A stretch of 64,000 bases of DNA from Planctomycetota bacterium (GCA_036338595.1 JAYZBV010000077.1:1-64000); one strand, 5' to 3'. Positions 20,848 through 30,866 are shown, numbered from the stretch's first letter. Notes: a model not told the origin generated them from the sequence alone. Made by a program: numbers and translations.

Positions 20848-21201
20848 TCATCGAATGAAACGGATGGTCATCGGGTAATGCCAGACCTCGCCGTTGTTCG
20901 CCTTCAGCCCGCCGATGATGGGGTATGCGATGTTCAGGATTCCGAGCACGATCAGACAGGGGATGCCGATGATCAAAAATACCAGGAATAAGCTGACGAC
21001 CGTATAGATGAAACTCGAGATGATCCAGTTGGTGACGAGTTTGCCGTGAACATCGACTTCTGGCAGTTCGTCCTTCTTGACCTGCCAGATGATGATGGGA
21101 GCGATGAAACCAGCCAACGGAATGGCAAATCCTGACAGCAGAGAAAGATGCAGGTACATCGACCACTCGCGGGTCGCCTTGTCCTCTTGTCGGTGTTCCA
21201 C
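20848..21201 (-). CDS. DUF4870-like small membrane protein (117 aa)
   Basis: GAGGAGG before the GTG at 21201; WSMYLHLS...APIIIWQVKKD...VDVHGK...NW...PIIGGLKANNGEVWHYP. Confidence 0.82.
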   Translation of the reverse strand: MEHRQEDKATREWSMYLHLSLLSGFAIPLAGFIAPIIIWQVKKDELPEVDVHGKLVTNWIISSFIYTVVSLFLVFLIIGIPCLIVLGILNIAYPIIGGLKANNGEVWHYPMTIRFIR

Positions 21202-21309
21202 CGAGATGCCCTCCTCTGCGTTTGACGATGACTCTGATTCAGTTTGCAAATCTCCTCCAACTCCGCTCAGCCCGACAGTCAGTATACCGAGCCACCGTGG
21301 CAAGGCAAT

Positions 21310-24300
21310 TCAGGGGCAACCGGGGGAAGGGTTGCTGCAATCGAGAGCATCCGCTGTCGGATCGACTCCGCAATCCGTTGGTCCCGGTGCTGCCGGTGGA
21401 GCATCGCCATTGAACAGGCTTCCCAGCATCGAGATGCCATCGGCAATGTTGAGATCGCCATCGTCGTTGGTGTCACAGGAGTCGTGGCAACCAGGCGCCT
21501 GGGCATTGGAGAAGAGGTATCCGAGCAGGAAGATCACATCTCCGATGTCGAAACTGCCATCGAAATTACACAGTCCCCTGCGAAAAGTTGGCGCAGGTGG
21601 GGCAGTCGGAGGTGTCGCCACCTCGGCCTCGATGTAGGGGATGGCAGAAGGGGAATGAACTCCGAGAATTGCGATGCCGGTTTCCGGTGCCGCATCCGCA
21701 TCGAAGCCAAAATTGTAGAGGAATCCCCATCGGATCGGATTCGCAGAGGCGCCGCTGGCATGGTCGGTGGTGGACCAGGTGATCCCATCTGCATCGCGAA
21801 TTGCTGACCAACTGTCGTTGGAGAAGGAATAACTGTGAAGGGTCGGAGCGAAGAAATCGATGTTGCTGACCTCGACATCGGATGCCACCGGCACCATGAA
21901 GGAACCTGCATTGCGTCCCATGTCGTGGTTGTAAACCGAGTACTCGTAGTGCCAGGTGCCATCGCCGTTGTCGGTAACCTTGTGTGCCAGGTAGCAGCGG
22001 CCATCGATCTGCGGGAACGGTTGCAGCGTCTCGATGGAGGCTCCGGGCCAGGCCGCCTGCACCGTTCCCAGCTGGCTCGGGGCGGACATGTTCATCGACC
22101 AGTTGCCGCCGGGAGATCCGGTGACACCGATCGGTTCCCAGGCATGGTTGGTGGTGTGGTCGATATCCCCCGGATGAACCACGCTCACCTCGGAGATCCA
22201 GGTCGATCCGGGGTGCAAGGCGGGATCGAGATCGTCATCCTCGACCGAGAGGCGTTCCTCGACCTGATCCCACGGCCCCGCATCGGACTGCAGGTAGGAC
22301 CCCTCGTAGACGAAGCCGCCACTCCAGGGATCGATCTCACTGCGCGGCCCCATCGTGTTCTGGTTGGCATTGCCGCTGGCGCCGTAGGTGTCGGAGCAAC
22401 CGACTCCGGTATAGGTACTGGTGGGGCTGGGGTTGCAGCCGAATCCGCAGGCGTTGGCCTGGGCCGATGACCAGCCGTGCTTGATCCAGGAGCCACCGAT
22501 CTGGATCAGCCGATCGGAATCGAGGCGAAACATGTTGAAGGCCATCATCGGGTGTCGGGGATCGGGGTTGGCGAACCAGTCGAGCGGTTCGGTACCCCCG
22601 TTACACATCACCGACTCGGAACCAAAGCTGGCCTGCGAGCCTTCACGGCCGACCATCACCAGGTTGTTGGAATCTCCGATGATCAGATCCTGGCCCGAGT
22701 TGGGCATCGGTGCCGTGTCGTAGATGCGAAGACACCACTCCTCGAGCATCCCCGTTTCACCCGTCATCTCATCGGAGACGGTGAGGGTCCAGTTACCGAT
22801 CGTGTTGGCACCCTTGAAGGAGGATAGACTTCCCAGCGGTTGCATCCAGCCACCGGAATCGTACGGAGGTTGGTTGGGAGATCCACTTTGCCACCAGGTC
22901 AGATCGATCCCTCCGGAAGCACCGGTAGGTTGATCATGAAGCGTCACCGTGATGCCATCGGGAGAAGTGAGTTCGACCACCAGTTGACTGGCATCGGGAT
23001 GATTGATGTGAGCCTCGACTTGAAGATCCCACAGAATGGTCGCGGGATCGCCACTGATGACGATGATGGATTCGATCGGCTCGCCGCCATCGGGAATATC
23101 GATGAGCGGTGCACTACAATTTTCCAGAGTGACCGGCCCGGTGACAGCGACTTCGTCGCAGAACGATGTACCGGGAGCACTTCCGATGTGCGGCGTGGCG
23201 CAGACCTCGATCATCGTCTGGATCGACGACACCGGGAGTGTTGCAGTGATGACATCTCCAGCGACAAAGGGACCGTTCATGGTCACCTGGCTGCTGCCCA
23301 ACAACCCTGCTTCGAACAGCACTGAATCACACGGTCCTGAGACCAGTGCCTCGCAATCGATCTCTGCACTGCCGGGCACCGAACTGAGGGCCAGGGATTC
23401 GATGAGCGCCTGGATAAATTGAACATTGACGTTACCGGTACCGTTTTGACCATCTCCCCAGCCACCAATGCGGATTAAATACTCCTCGCCGGCGGAGACT
23501 TGCAGACCTTCGACGACGGATGCGTAGGAAGCGCCGTTACCCTGCATCTGGCATTCTGACTCGTCGCCACTACAGGCGACTTCGATCTTGGATGTGCAAT
23601 CGCCGAGATAGATCACCAGGTCGGTATCGAAGTTGACGATGTCGCACATGCTGACAGTGAGAGAACCCTCACCCGGTGCGGTCCAGCGGTACCAGACATC
23701 CTGGTTCATCACTCCGAGAGCATTGCAATTGGTGCCGCTACTGTAGGGATCGATACTGTCGCTGGCTGAAGTGGTATCGATGGGGTTGTCGCCGAGTACC
23801 GCTTCGATGGCACCGCTGCACTCGTCATTAACAGGGGCTCCGGGTGGTGGCGGTGGAGAACTGGTCATCGAGATGTCGAATGTACCTCCTCCGATGTCGG
23901 AATCGCCCCAGCCACCGATGCGAATCCGAACGGTCTCGCCGGCATTCAGCGGCACGTTCTCGATGAGGCTGGCATAGTTGAGGGTGGTTCCCTGGACCAG
24001 GCAAGTGTCCCCGTTGCAGGCGATGGGGATCAGTGATCCGCAATCACCGCTATAGACGATGACGTCGGTATCAAAATCGACGGTGTCACAGGTGGTGATG
24101 GTCATCAGACCATCTTCTGCAGGAGTGAACTGGAACCAGACATCCGAATGGACACCGCCGAGTGCGGTTCCAGGACAGGTATCCACCGGGATCGGCTCGA
24201 CGCTGGTGGTCGCATCTCTGGTGTCGAGGGCGTTGGATCCGAGCACCGCGATGGTTGCTGTATCGCATTCATCATTTGGCGCCTGGGCACACAAGACTGC

Positions 24301-24342
24301 AGGCAACAACAACATGGCTGCCAGTAGAATGATTTTCCTCAT
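21310..24342 (-). CDS. Large secreted protein: two NDEC-type repeats, proprotein-convertase P-like domain, unknown domain and dockerin-like module (1010 aa)
   Basis: GGGAGG before MRKIILLAA; two PNDEC/VNDEC...DVW(F/Y)...FDTD...RIGGWGD repeats; LVVELTSPDG...GNWTLTVSD...GMLEEWCLRI (P domain); FRRGLCNFDGSFDIGD...DTNDDGDLNIADG...CGVDPT. Confidence 0.8.
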   Translation of the reverse strand: MRKIILLAAMLLLPAVLCAQAPNDECDTATIAVLGSNALDTRDATTSVEPIPVDTCPGTALGGVHSDVWFQFTPAEDGLMTITTCDTVDFDTDVIVYSGDCGSLIPIACNGDTCLVQGTTLNYASLIENVPLNAGETVRIRIGGWGDSDIGGGTFDISMTSSPPPPPGAPVNDECSGAIEAVLGDNPIDTTSASDSIDPYSSGTNCNALGVMNQDVWYRWTAPGEGSLTVSMCDIVNFDTDLVIYLGDCTSKIEVACSGDESECQMQGNGASYASVVEGLQVSAGEEYLIRIGGWGDGQNGTGNVNVQFIQALIESLALSSVPGSAEIDCEALVSGPCDSVLFEAGLLGSSQVTMNGPFVAGDVITATLPVSSIQTMIEVCATPHIGSAPGTSFCDEVAVTGPVTLENCSAPLIDIPDGGEPIESIIVISGDPATILWDLQVEAHINHPDASQLVVELTSPDGITVTLHDQPTGASGGIDLTWWQSGSPNQPPYDSGGWMQPLGSLSSFKGANTIGNWTLTVSDEMTGETGMLEEWCLRIYDTAPMPNSGQDLIIGDSNNLVMVGREGSQASFGSESVMCNGGTEPLDWFANPDPRHPMMAFNMFRLDSDRLIQIGGSWIKHGWSSAQANACGFGCNPSPTSTYTGVGCSDTYGASGNANQNTMGPRSEIDPWSGGFVYEGSYLQSDAGPWDQVEERLSVEDDDLDPALHPGSTWISEVSVVHPGDIDHTTNHAWEPIGVTGSPGGNWSMNMSAPSQLGTVQAAWPGASIETLQPFPQIDGRCYLAHKVTDNGDGTWHYEYSVYNHDMGRNAGSFMVPVASDVEVSNIDFFAPTLHSYSFSNDSWSAIRDADGITWSTTDHASGASANPIRWGFLYNFGFDADAAPETGIAILGVHSPSAIPYIEAEVATPPTAPPAPTFRRGLCNFDGSFDIGDVIFLLGYLFSNAQAPGCHDSCDTNDDGDLNIADGISMLGSLFNGDAPPAAPGPTDCGVDPTADALDCSNPSPGCP

Positions 24343-24433
24343 GGTGGACCGCCTCCCTGTTATCGTCGATTGTACATCGCTGCGGCAGGGGTGACAGTTG
24401 CAGATTTTGCACCAGAAATGGCGGGAGAGATCG

Positions 24434-25600
24434 ATGAGGTCGGTGGTCGTGCTCGGGGCAGGGATCGTGGGACTTGCGCTGGCGAGGGAACTGAGTGGTC
24501 GTGGGATCGCTGTAGATCTGCTGGACTCCAGACGCATAGGCACTGGAGCGACCGCTGCATCGACTGGAATCCTGACCCCCCCGCAACACACCCGCACGCC
24601 CTTCTATCAGCTGCGTACCCTGGCCTGGCAAAGGTGGCCACGCTTCGCCGATGACCTGGCCAACGAGACAGGGATCGATGTGGGGTACCGTCGCTGCGGA
24701 GGCATCGATATTCGCGAGCGGACGATGCGGAATCCGCAGCGTGAAGTGAAGAAGCTTCGTGACTCTGGTGGCAAGGTCGAGATTCTCCCTGGTGCCAGGA
24801 TCAGCCAGCTCTTGCCCGAGATGGTCCGCACACCCGAGGCAGGACTGCTCGTCGAGATGGAAGCGAGGATCGATCCACGCGCCACCATCGAGGCATTGCG
24901 CCAGTCGTGTCTGGCATCTGGGGTGCGGATTCGCGAGGATCTCGGTCCAATTCGCATCGAACCGCAGGGGGATGCAGGGATCCATCTCACTGGCCCACAG
25001 GCACTGGAACTGGAACAGCCATCGGAGCACCGGATGGTGGTTCTCGCAGCGGGCTGGGAGAGCGCCACCGCAGCACTTGCGGTACCGCCATCGCCACTAC
25101 CAGTGGAGCCGGTGCCCGGCGAGGCGATCGCTCTCGACATCGAGGCACCTCCACACCTGGTGCATTTCAATGTCGCTCTTTCGGGCTTCAGAGATGCGGC
25201 AGGTAATCGTTCGATCTACTCGTGGATCCCTGCACCGGATGGCAGTTCCTGGCTTGGCAACAGCGTCGCCGGTGGACATCGAAACGGTGCCGATGACGTG
25301 CCGCCGCAGGAAGCCGTCGAGCCGACGCTCGAGGGGCGCGCGGAACTGGTCGAGGTGGCGATATCGATGTTCGGTCCCGGTGTCGAAAACAGGATCTCCG
25401 ATCATCGGGCAGGGATCCGACCGAAGGCGACACGCCATGGCGGCCCGTTGCTGGGAATGTGGCCCGGGCGGCCACAACTGTGGGTGGCGACCGGCCACTA
25501 TCGAGCCGGCTTGCTCATCGGACCCGCCACCGCAACGATGATGGCGGATGCGATGCTGGATGGCGCCGTGATCCCCGAGGAGTTCTGTTTGCCCGGCTAG
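24434..25600 (+). CDS. FAD-dependent oxidoreductase, glycine oxidase ThiO/DAO family (388 aa)
   Basis: VVVLGAGIVG (GxGxxG), GATAASTGIL, VLAAG, AGIRP, VATGHYRAGLLIGPATA. Confidence 0.85.
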   Translation: MRSVVVLGAGIVGLALARELSGRGIAVDLLDSRRIGTGATAASTGILTPPQHTRTPFYQLRTLAWQRWPRFADDLANETGIDVGYRRCGGIDIRERTMRNPQREVKKLRDSGGKVEILPGARISQLLPEMVRTPEAGLLVEMEARIDPRATIEALRQSCLASGVRIREDLGPIRIEPQGDAGIHLTGPQALELEQPSEHRMVVLAAGWESATAALAVPPSPLPVEPVPGEAIALDIEAPPHLVHFNVALSGFRDAAGNRSIYSWIPAPDGSSWLGNSVAGGHRNGADDVPPQEAVEPTLEGRAELVEVAISMFGPGVENRISDHRAGIRPKATRHGGPLLGMWPGRPQLWVATGHYRAGLLIGPATATMMADAMLDGAVIPEEFCLPG

Positions 25601-26763
25601 ATTCCACCGGAGCCAGGACCGGAGCGAAGGATCCATGCGACCTGTTTCTTGCCGTGTCTCAGCAGTGCCAGGATCAAATCACCCCCCGATCCGCGCAGTC
25701 TCCTGCGCAATCTTGCAGGATCCTCCGAGACGCCACGGGTCTTGACGATCGCGATACCCTCACCGTGGGATCGCAGCCAACGCCGGACCTTTTCCTCCCG
25801 CCAGGGCATCCGCTCCACCACTTCAAAACTGTGCAACCACGGCGACTCGATCGGATCATCACCGGCCAGCCAGCCCAGTCCCGGATGCAACTCTCCCAGT
25901 GTGTGGCGAGACAGCAGTTGCGCGACCAATCCAGATCTCTCGAGTACAGCCACCGGCTCGTGAAGCCATCTCGGTTCGGTTCCGGAATAGGATACGAGTA
26001 GGGAAGAATCACCACTGATGGTTTCCTCTTCAGGAAGCAATGTCGCACGGCGTCGCTGGCCGCCGTCAAATGCACCTCGCCACAGAGTCGCCTCGACCAG
26101 GTCCCCCCGATCCTGGATGAACTCGACCTCACCCGCAGGCAGATCATCGATGTCGACACCGGGACCGCACTTCAGTGCAAGATCTGGAACTCGCTCCATC
26201 AGTGGTTCCAGCACATCGGGACCGGGCAACATCTGTGGGTATGAATGTCGGCGACGCCCGTCGAGGCGACGATCGGGGTCGATGTGGGTCGGTAAGGGGG
26301 AGAGTGGCAGCGAACGGACATCCGCTTCCACTGCCCATCCCCGTCCACCACTGGCGGTGACATTGGCCTGCGCCAGAGCCAGCCGCAGTGGGTCTCGATC
26401 GACCATCACCACGGGGCCGCCCCGAGACAGAGCCGTCGCATCGCTGCCGATGCCGCAGCAGAGGTCGATCACTGGCGATTCGCCACAGGCGCGCCGGATC
26501 CGGTCAGCCTTGTGTCGAGCGACACTCGAGCGAGTCGCTTGCTGGAGTGCCTCGGCGGTGAGCCACCATCGATGCGCATCTTCGAGGCGACCCTCGGCGC
26601 GGCGGCGCGCATCCCAGATGGAGAGGACAGCCGATACCTCTTCACGGCTGCCGTGTTCGCGTAGTTTTTCCAGCGAACCGAGATCGCCCGGCTTCACCGT
26701 GCGTGCGGCTTCCAGCAGGGGTGCCAGTTCACCCGCCAGTATTCGTGTCCAGATCGGTTCCAT
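25597..26763 (-). CDS. Class I SAM-dependent methyltransferase with C-terminal THUMP-like domain
   Basis: EALQQAT...VARHKA, VIDLCCGIGSD, HIDPDRR, KCGPG, IVKTRGV. Confidence 0.8.
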   Translation of the reverse strand: MEPIWTRILAGELAPLLEAARTVKPGDLGSLEKLREHGSREEVSAVLSIWDARRRAEGRLEDAHRWWLTAEALQQATRSSVARHKADRIRRACGESPVIDLCCGIGSDATALSRGGPVVMVDRDPLRLALAQANVTASGGRGWAVEADVRSLPLSPLPTHIDPDRRLDGRRRHSYPQMLPGPDVLEPLMERVPDLALKCGPGVDIDDLPAGEVEFIQDRGDLVEATLWRGAFDGGQRRRATLLPEEETISGDSSLLVSYSGTEPRWLHEPVAVLERSGLVAQLLSRHTLGELHPGLGWLAGDDPIESPWLHSFEVVERMPWREEKVRRWLRSHGEGIAIVKTRGVSEDPARLRRRLRGSGGDLILALLRHGKKQVAWILRSGPGSGGI

Positions 26764-26819
26764 GGCCAGATCGTATGGATTTCAGCCATCAGGTGGTGGA
26801 ATTGGCGGACTATTTTTTT

Positions 26820-26835
26820 GTTTGGGTTGCCAAAC
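26820..26835. promoter_or_regulatory. Candidate DtxR/MntR-family operator upstream of feoB
   Basis: GTTTGG-GTTG-CCAAAC, extendable to TTTGTTTGG-GTTG-CCAAACAAA; an identical 16-mer occurs at 30851-30866. Confidence 0.75.
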
Positions 26836-26990
26836 AAACTTCCTCGTGGTCCCTTGCCCGCCCCGAATGAGATCGAGTCCTGGGGCCGGATGAGTTCGAT
26901 TCAGTGGGCTGCAGAGCCCGGAGATGAGGGCAGGGTGAAGTGCCAGGCAGCGACTCGATCGGAGTGGATGAATGGCGGCGAGGCCCCCTG

Positions 26991-28934
26991 ATGGTGGAAG
27001 ACTCCACGGCTACCACGCTTCATGTGACGCTGGCAGGCAATCCGAATGTCGGCAAGAGCACCCTTTTCAATTCGATGGTGAGTGGAAACTCCCGGGTCTC
27101 GAATCATCCCGGGATCACCGCTGAGTCGGTCGCTGGATTCCGCGAAAGGGACAAGGACCGGCTGCTCATCACCGATCTGCCCGGAACCTACAGCCTGCAC
27201 CTCGACCTCCCGGAGGCAAAACTATGCCGTCGGCATCTGGAACAGGATGCAGAACTGGCCGTGTTGATCATCGTCATCGACGCCATGGGACTCCGACGCA
27301 ATTTTCAGTTGTTCTCTGAATTGACGCAACTCAGGATCCCGATGGCTGCGGTGGTGACCAAATCTCGCGAGGCCGAGTTACGCGGATATCAGATCGATCT
27401 GCAGTTGCTCGAAGATCAGCTGGGGATTCCCGTGATCGGCGCAGCTGAGAGATCTGATGTCAGGTCACTGGATATCGATGAGCTGATCGATGCCGCACGC
27501 ATCCCAGCGCAGATTCCCGCACAGGGACGGACGATCGAGCAGTGGGGAACAGACCTGCTGGCGAAGGTGAGCAAACCTGTCCATCCGGAGCAGGCCAGGA
27601 GAAGGCGGTTGCGAGACGATCGGCTCGATCGTCTGCTGATTCATCCGATTGTTGGTCTGGCCTTGTTCCTGGTCGCGATGACGCTTCTGTTCGGTTCGGT
27701 GTTCTGGATTGCCCAGTACCCGATGGAATGGATCGATGCGCTGTTCGGAAAATTGGGGGCGTGGATCTCGTCACGGATGGACGATGGAGCACTCAGAGGC
27801 TTGCTGGTCGATGGGGTCATCGGAGGTGTCTCCGGGACCCTGGTGTTCCTGCCGCAGATCGTGACCTTGTTCTTCCTCGTCTCGTTACTGGAGGAAACCG
27901 GGTACATGGCGCGTGCCGCATTCGTTGCGGACCGCTGGCTAAGGCCCTTCGGGTTACCCGGGCAGGCGTTCGTGCCACTGCTCTCGAGCCATGCCTGTGC
28001 GATTCCAGGGATTCTCTGTAGCCGCCTGATCCCCGACCGAAGGGATCGGCTCGCCACCATTCTGGTGGCACCCTTTCTCTCCTGCTCTGCCAGACTGCCG
28101 GTGTACATCCTGATGGTCGGTATCTTGTTCCCGGATCGCCCCCTCGCTGCGGCAGCTGCCTTCATCGGCTGTTACTTGCTCGGTGCTGTGGCGGCGGTGG
28201 GAACTGCCGGGTTGGTGAGAAGGACGCTGTTGCCAGGTCGAAGTCTTCCGATGGTGCTGGAACTGCCGCCATACCGTGTCCCTTCAGTGATGGAAGCACT
28301 GCGCGTCGCACTCGATCGAGGCATGTCGTTCCTGACCAACGCCGGGACCGTGATCCTGCTGATCTGTATCGCCCTGTGGTGGTTGAGCAACTACCCGGGT
28401 ATTCCCGCAGGAGCGGAGGTCACCGCACTCCGCGAATCTGCGGCCGAGCAATCCGATCCGATCGAATCCAACTCGCTGCTGGAGAGAGCCCAATCGTTGC
28501 AACTGCGGGAGTCTGCGCAGGCATCCTACGCCGGGAGATTGGGTCGCTGGGTCGAGCCTGCGTTGGCCCCGGTCGGAGCGGATTGGCAACTCTCGGTTGC
28601 CATACTGGCCAGTTTTGCGGCCAGGGAGGTGTTCGTCTCCTCGCTCAATGTGATGGTGGGTGTTGGGCAAGATTCGGAGGCTCCCACCTCGCTCGCAAGG
28701 ATCCGTGGCTCGAAGCGAGATGACGGCTCTCCTCTGCTGCCACCCGCATCCGCAGCCGGGTTGCTGGTCTTCTATGTACTGGCGATGCAGTGCTTGCCTA
28801 CTCTTGCTGTCACCCGCAAGGAAACTGGCGGCCTTCGATGGGCGCTGCTGCAGTTGACCTGGATGACAGCTGTGGCCTGGACCCTGGGCGCCGCAACTCG
28901 CTCGGTGATGCTGGCGATGGGCTTTTCAGGATGA
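26991..28934 (+). CDS. feoB: Ferrous iron transporter B (647 aa)
   Basis: GNPNVGKS, NHPGIT, DLPGTYSL, VFLPQI, LEETGYMARAAF, ACAIPG, SCSARLPVY, ELPPY, FAAREVFV, QCLPT. Confidence 0.95.
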   Translation: MVEDSTATTLHVTLAGNPNVGKSTLFNSMVSGNSRVSNHPGITAESVAGFRERDKDRLLITDLPGTYSLHLDLPEAKLCRRHLEQDAELAVLIIVIDAMGLRRNFQLFSELTQLRIPMAAVVTKSREAELRGYQIDLQLLEDQLGIPVIGAAERSDVRSLDIDELIDAARIPAQIPAQGRTIEQWGTDLLAKVSKPVHPEQARRRRLRDDRLDRLLIHPIVGLALFLVAMTLLFGSVFWIAQYPMEWIDALFGKLGAWISSRMDDGALRGLLVDGVIGGVSGTLVFLPQIVTLFFLVSLLEETGYMARAAFVADRWLRPFGLPGQAFVPLLSSHACAIPGILCSRLIPDRRDRLATILVAPFLSCSARLPVYILMVGILFPDRPLAAAAAFIGCYLLGAVAAVGTAGLVRRTLLPGRSLPMVLELPPYRVPSVMEALRVALDRGMSFLTNAGTVILLICIALWWLSNYPGIPAGAEVTALRESAAEQSDPIESNSLLERAQSLQLRESAQASYAGRLGRWVEPALAPVGADWQLSVAILASFAAREVFVSSLNVMVGVGQDSEAPTSLARIRGSKRDDGSPLLPPASAAGLLVFYVLAMQCLPTLAVTRKETGGLRWALLQLTWMTAVAWTLGAATRSVMLAMGFSG

Positions 28935-29074
28935 GCGATTTCCCGATCGAGGATCCCCAGTTCTGGATCGTATCTGTGCTGGCGATCGGTGCCGTTATTC
29001 TGCTCCTGTGGTCGAGAAATAGCCGCAAGAAGCGTGATCAGGGTGGTCCCTGCGGGGGTTGCAAGCCCGAGTGA
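28931..29074 (+). CDS. FeoB-associated Cys-rich small membrane protein (47 aa)
   Basis: ATGA overlap with the feoB stop; MSDFPIEDPQFWIVSVLAIGAVILLLWSRNSRKKRDQGGPCGGCKPE has one TM helix, a basic patch and CGGC. Confidence 0.75.
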   Translation: MSDFPIEDPQFWIVSVLAIGAVILLLWSRNSRKKRDQGGPCGGCKPE

Positions 29075-29193
29075 TTTCAGCGGTTGTCTGCTGGTATTCC
29101 TGGATCTCGGATGATCTGATGATCCTCAAGCCTCGGGCCGGATGCGCCCGGGTTCAATATCGCGCTTCTGAAACAGCAAAGGAGATCAGAAGG

Positions 29194-30348
29194 ATGCCCA
29201 TTTCATGGATCTTGACCCTGTCCGTCACCTTGTCGTTGACAGCACCCCTTCCTCCGTCCTTGCATGCGATCGGTGCAGACGATACTCCTCGGGGTGAAGT
29301 GACCGAGGCACAGCAGACTGCTGCATCCGCTGCGCTGACAGAACTGCAGGCGCGAATCAATGCGGCGTGGGAAGAATACATGCTTCCTTTTCGGGAAGCC
29401 AAGACGGACGAAGAGCGAGACGCGATCCAGCTCGATCCAAAGAAGAGCCCCACGGTGGTCTTCTTGCCAGAGATGCTGGAATTCACCAGAACTCATGCGG
29501 GTACCGATGCGTGTCTCGAGGCACTTCAAGAAGTGATGATGATGGCGTCCAGGGATGAAGAGAGCGGCTGGGTTCTCGAAAAGGTGGTCGATACGGTTCT
29601 GGTCGATTACATCGAAGCTGAGGGCGTCAAGGATCTGGTTCGCTTTGCCCACTACCAGCCGCCGTCAGCTGCCAATCTGAGGCTCCTGCGGGCGGTGGCC
29701 GATCGCTCCCCCCATCGCGAAGCGAGAGCTTCTGCCTTCTACGCTCTGTCGAAGATCCTGGCAGTCGAGAAGGGGACCAGAGCAGAGTCGAGGATACTCC
29801 TGGGCCGGCTGCTCAAGGAATATGCAGATGTGACCTTCGTCCGTCAGACCACTTACGGCGACCTGGTGAAGGGAGACATCTTCGAACTGGAGCATCTCCA
29901 GATCGGTCATGTAGCTCCCGAGATCATCGGCAAGGAGATCGACGGAAATCTGATGCAACTCTCTGCATTCAGGGGAAAGGTGGTGCTGCTCGATTTCTGG
30001 GGTGACTGGTGAGGGCCCTGTCGGGCGATGTACCCACACGAGCGGTCGCTCGTGGAGAAGCACCCTGCAGATCAGTTTGCCATCGTCGGAGTCAACTCGG
30101 AGAGTTCCGTCGAGGCCGCACGAGATGCAGTGAAGAAGAACAATCTGACCTGGAAGAACTTCTACGATGGTGGAACCAGCGGCGCCATCTCGACACGATG
30201 GAATGTCAGCGGCTGGCCCACCACATACGTGATCGATTCCTCTGGAGTCATCCGATACAAAGATGTTCGTGGTGATGATCTTGACGAAGCGATCGAGGCT
30301 TTACTGGCCGAGATGAATGCTCGCAAAGATGAAGAGGGAACTCGCTAG
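29194..30348 (+). CDS. Probable selenoprotein: exported helical domain plus TlpA/redoxin domain with UGPC active site (384 aa, Sec at codon 273)
   Basis: AAGGAG before the ATG at 29194; IGHVAPEIIGKEIDG...FRGKVVLLDFWGDW-U(30010-30012)-GPCRAMYPHERSLV...IVGVNSE...WNVSGWPTTYVIDSSGVIRY. Joins ORFs ending at 30012 and starting at 30028, which share a frame. Confidence 0.9.
30037..30054 (+). promoter_or_regulatory. Candidate bacterial SECIS hairpin
   Basis: CACGAGC-GGTC-GCTCGTG, a perfect 7-bp stem with a G-started loop 31 nt after the TGA. Confidence 0.7.
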
Positions 30349-30683
30349 GGACCGACCGGGATGGCCATGATCGACCGGGCCACCTGTCTGCTGATTCCGA
30401 GACGGCTGCCATCGATTTCGATGATGCAGGTACCGCTCGCCTGGCAGATGTGGAGATCGCAGTCGTTGCAGAGTCCCATCGCCTCGAGCAGAGGGCGGTG
30501 AGTCGAAGGCAGTGAATCGGTGACCAGTCGGACGCGCTGGCCACGCTCCATCGACATCAAGCACCGCACTTCGGCGCCGGCTTCGGAGCCACGGGGGGAC
30601 ATGTCGGGGGACTTGTCCGAGTCGGATGGACCGGAATCGAGCGGCGATATCGGGCTCGTCTCTGCCAGGACACCTCGAAACAT
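30345..30683 (-). CDS. feoA: FeoA-domain protein
   Basis: AGGGAG before the ATG; LMSMERGQRVRL...LLEAMGL...CIIEIDGSRLGISRQVARSIMA is the FeoA SH3-like pattern; near feoB. Confidence 0.78.
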   Translation of the reverse strand: MFRGVLAETSPISPLDSGPSDSDKSPDMSPRGSEAGAEVRCLMSMERGQRVRLVTDSLPSTHRPLLEAMGLCNDCDLHICQASGTCIIEIDGSRLGISRQVARSIMAIPVGP

Positions 30684-30850
30684 CAGTTTCTCCCTGTGAG
30701 GGGCTCGTCAGCGATAAATCGCCACCGGACACCTGTAGCATGTTGATTGTCTTGCAGCGCTGGTGCCGCTACCCTGCTCCGATACCGGACCGGAACCGAT
30801 GTGGCGACCTCGGCGGCAGTGTAGCGATCTGTTTGCACCCCCGTCAACAT

Positions 30851-30866
30851 GTTTGGGTTGCCAAAC
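30851..30866. promoter_or_regulatory. Candidate DtxR/MntR-family operator between the divergent feoA and regulator genes
   Basis: GTTTGGGTTGCCAAAC, identical to 26820-26835. Confidence 0.75.

Noticed and set aside
14053..30348. Split redoxin ORFs as pseudogenes, or as evidence for UGA=Trp/Gly recoding
   Set aside because: All three TGAs sit at the same catalytic Cys column with downstream hairpins, while TGA ends many other genes in the window (including ATGA/TGATG overlaps).
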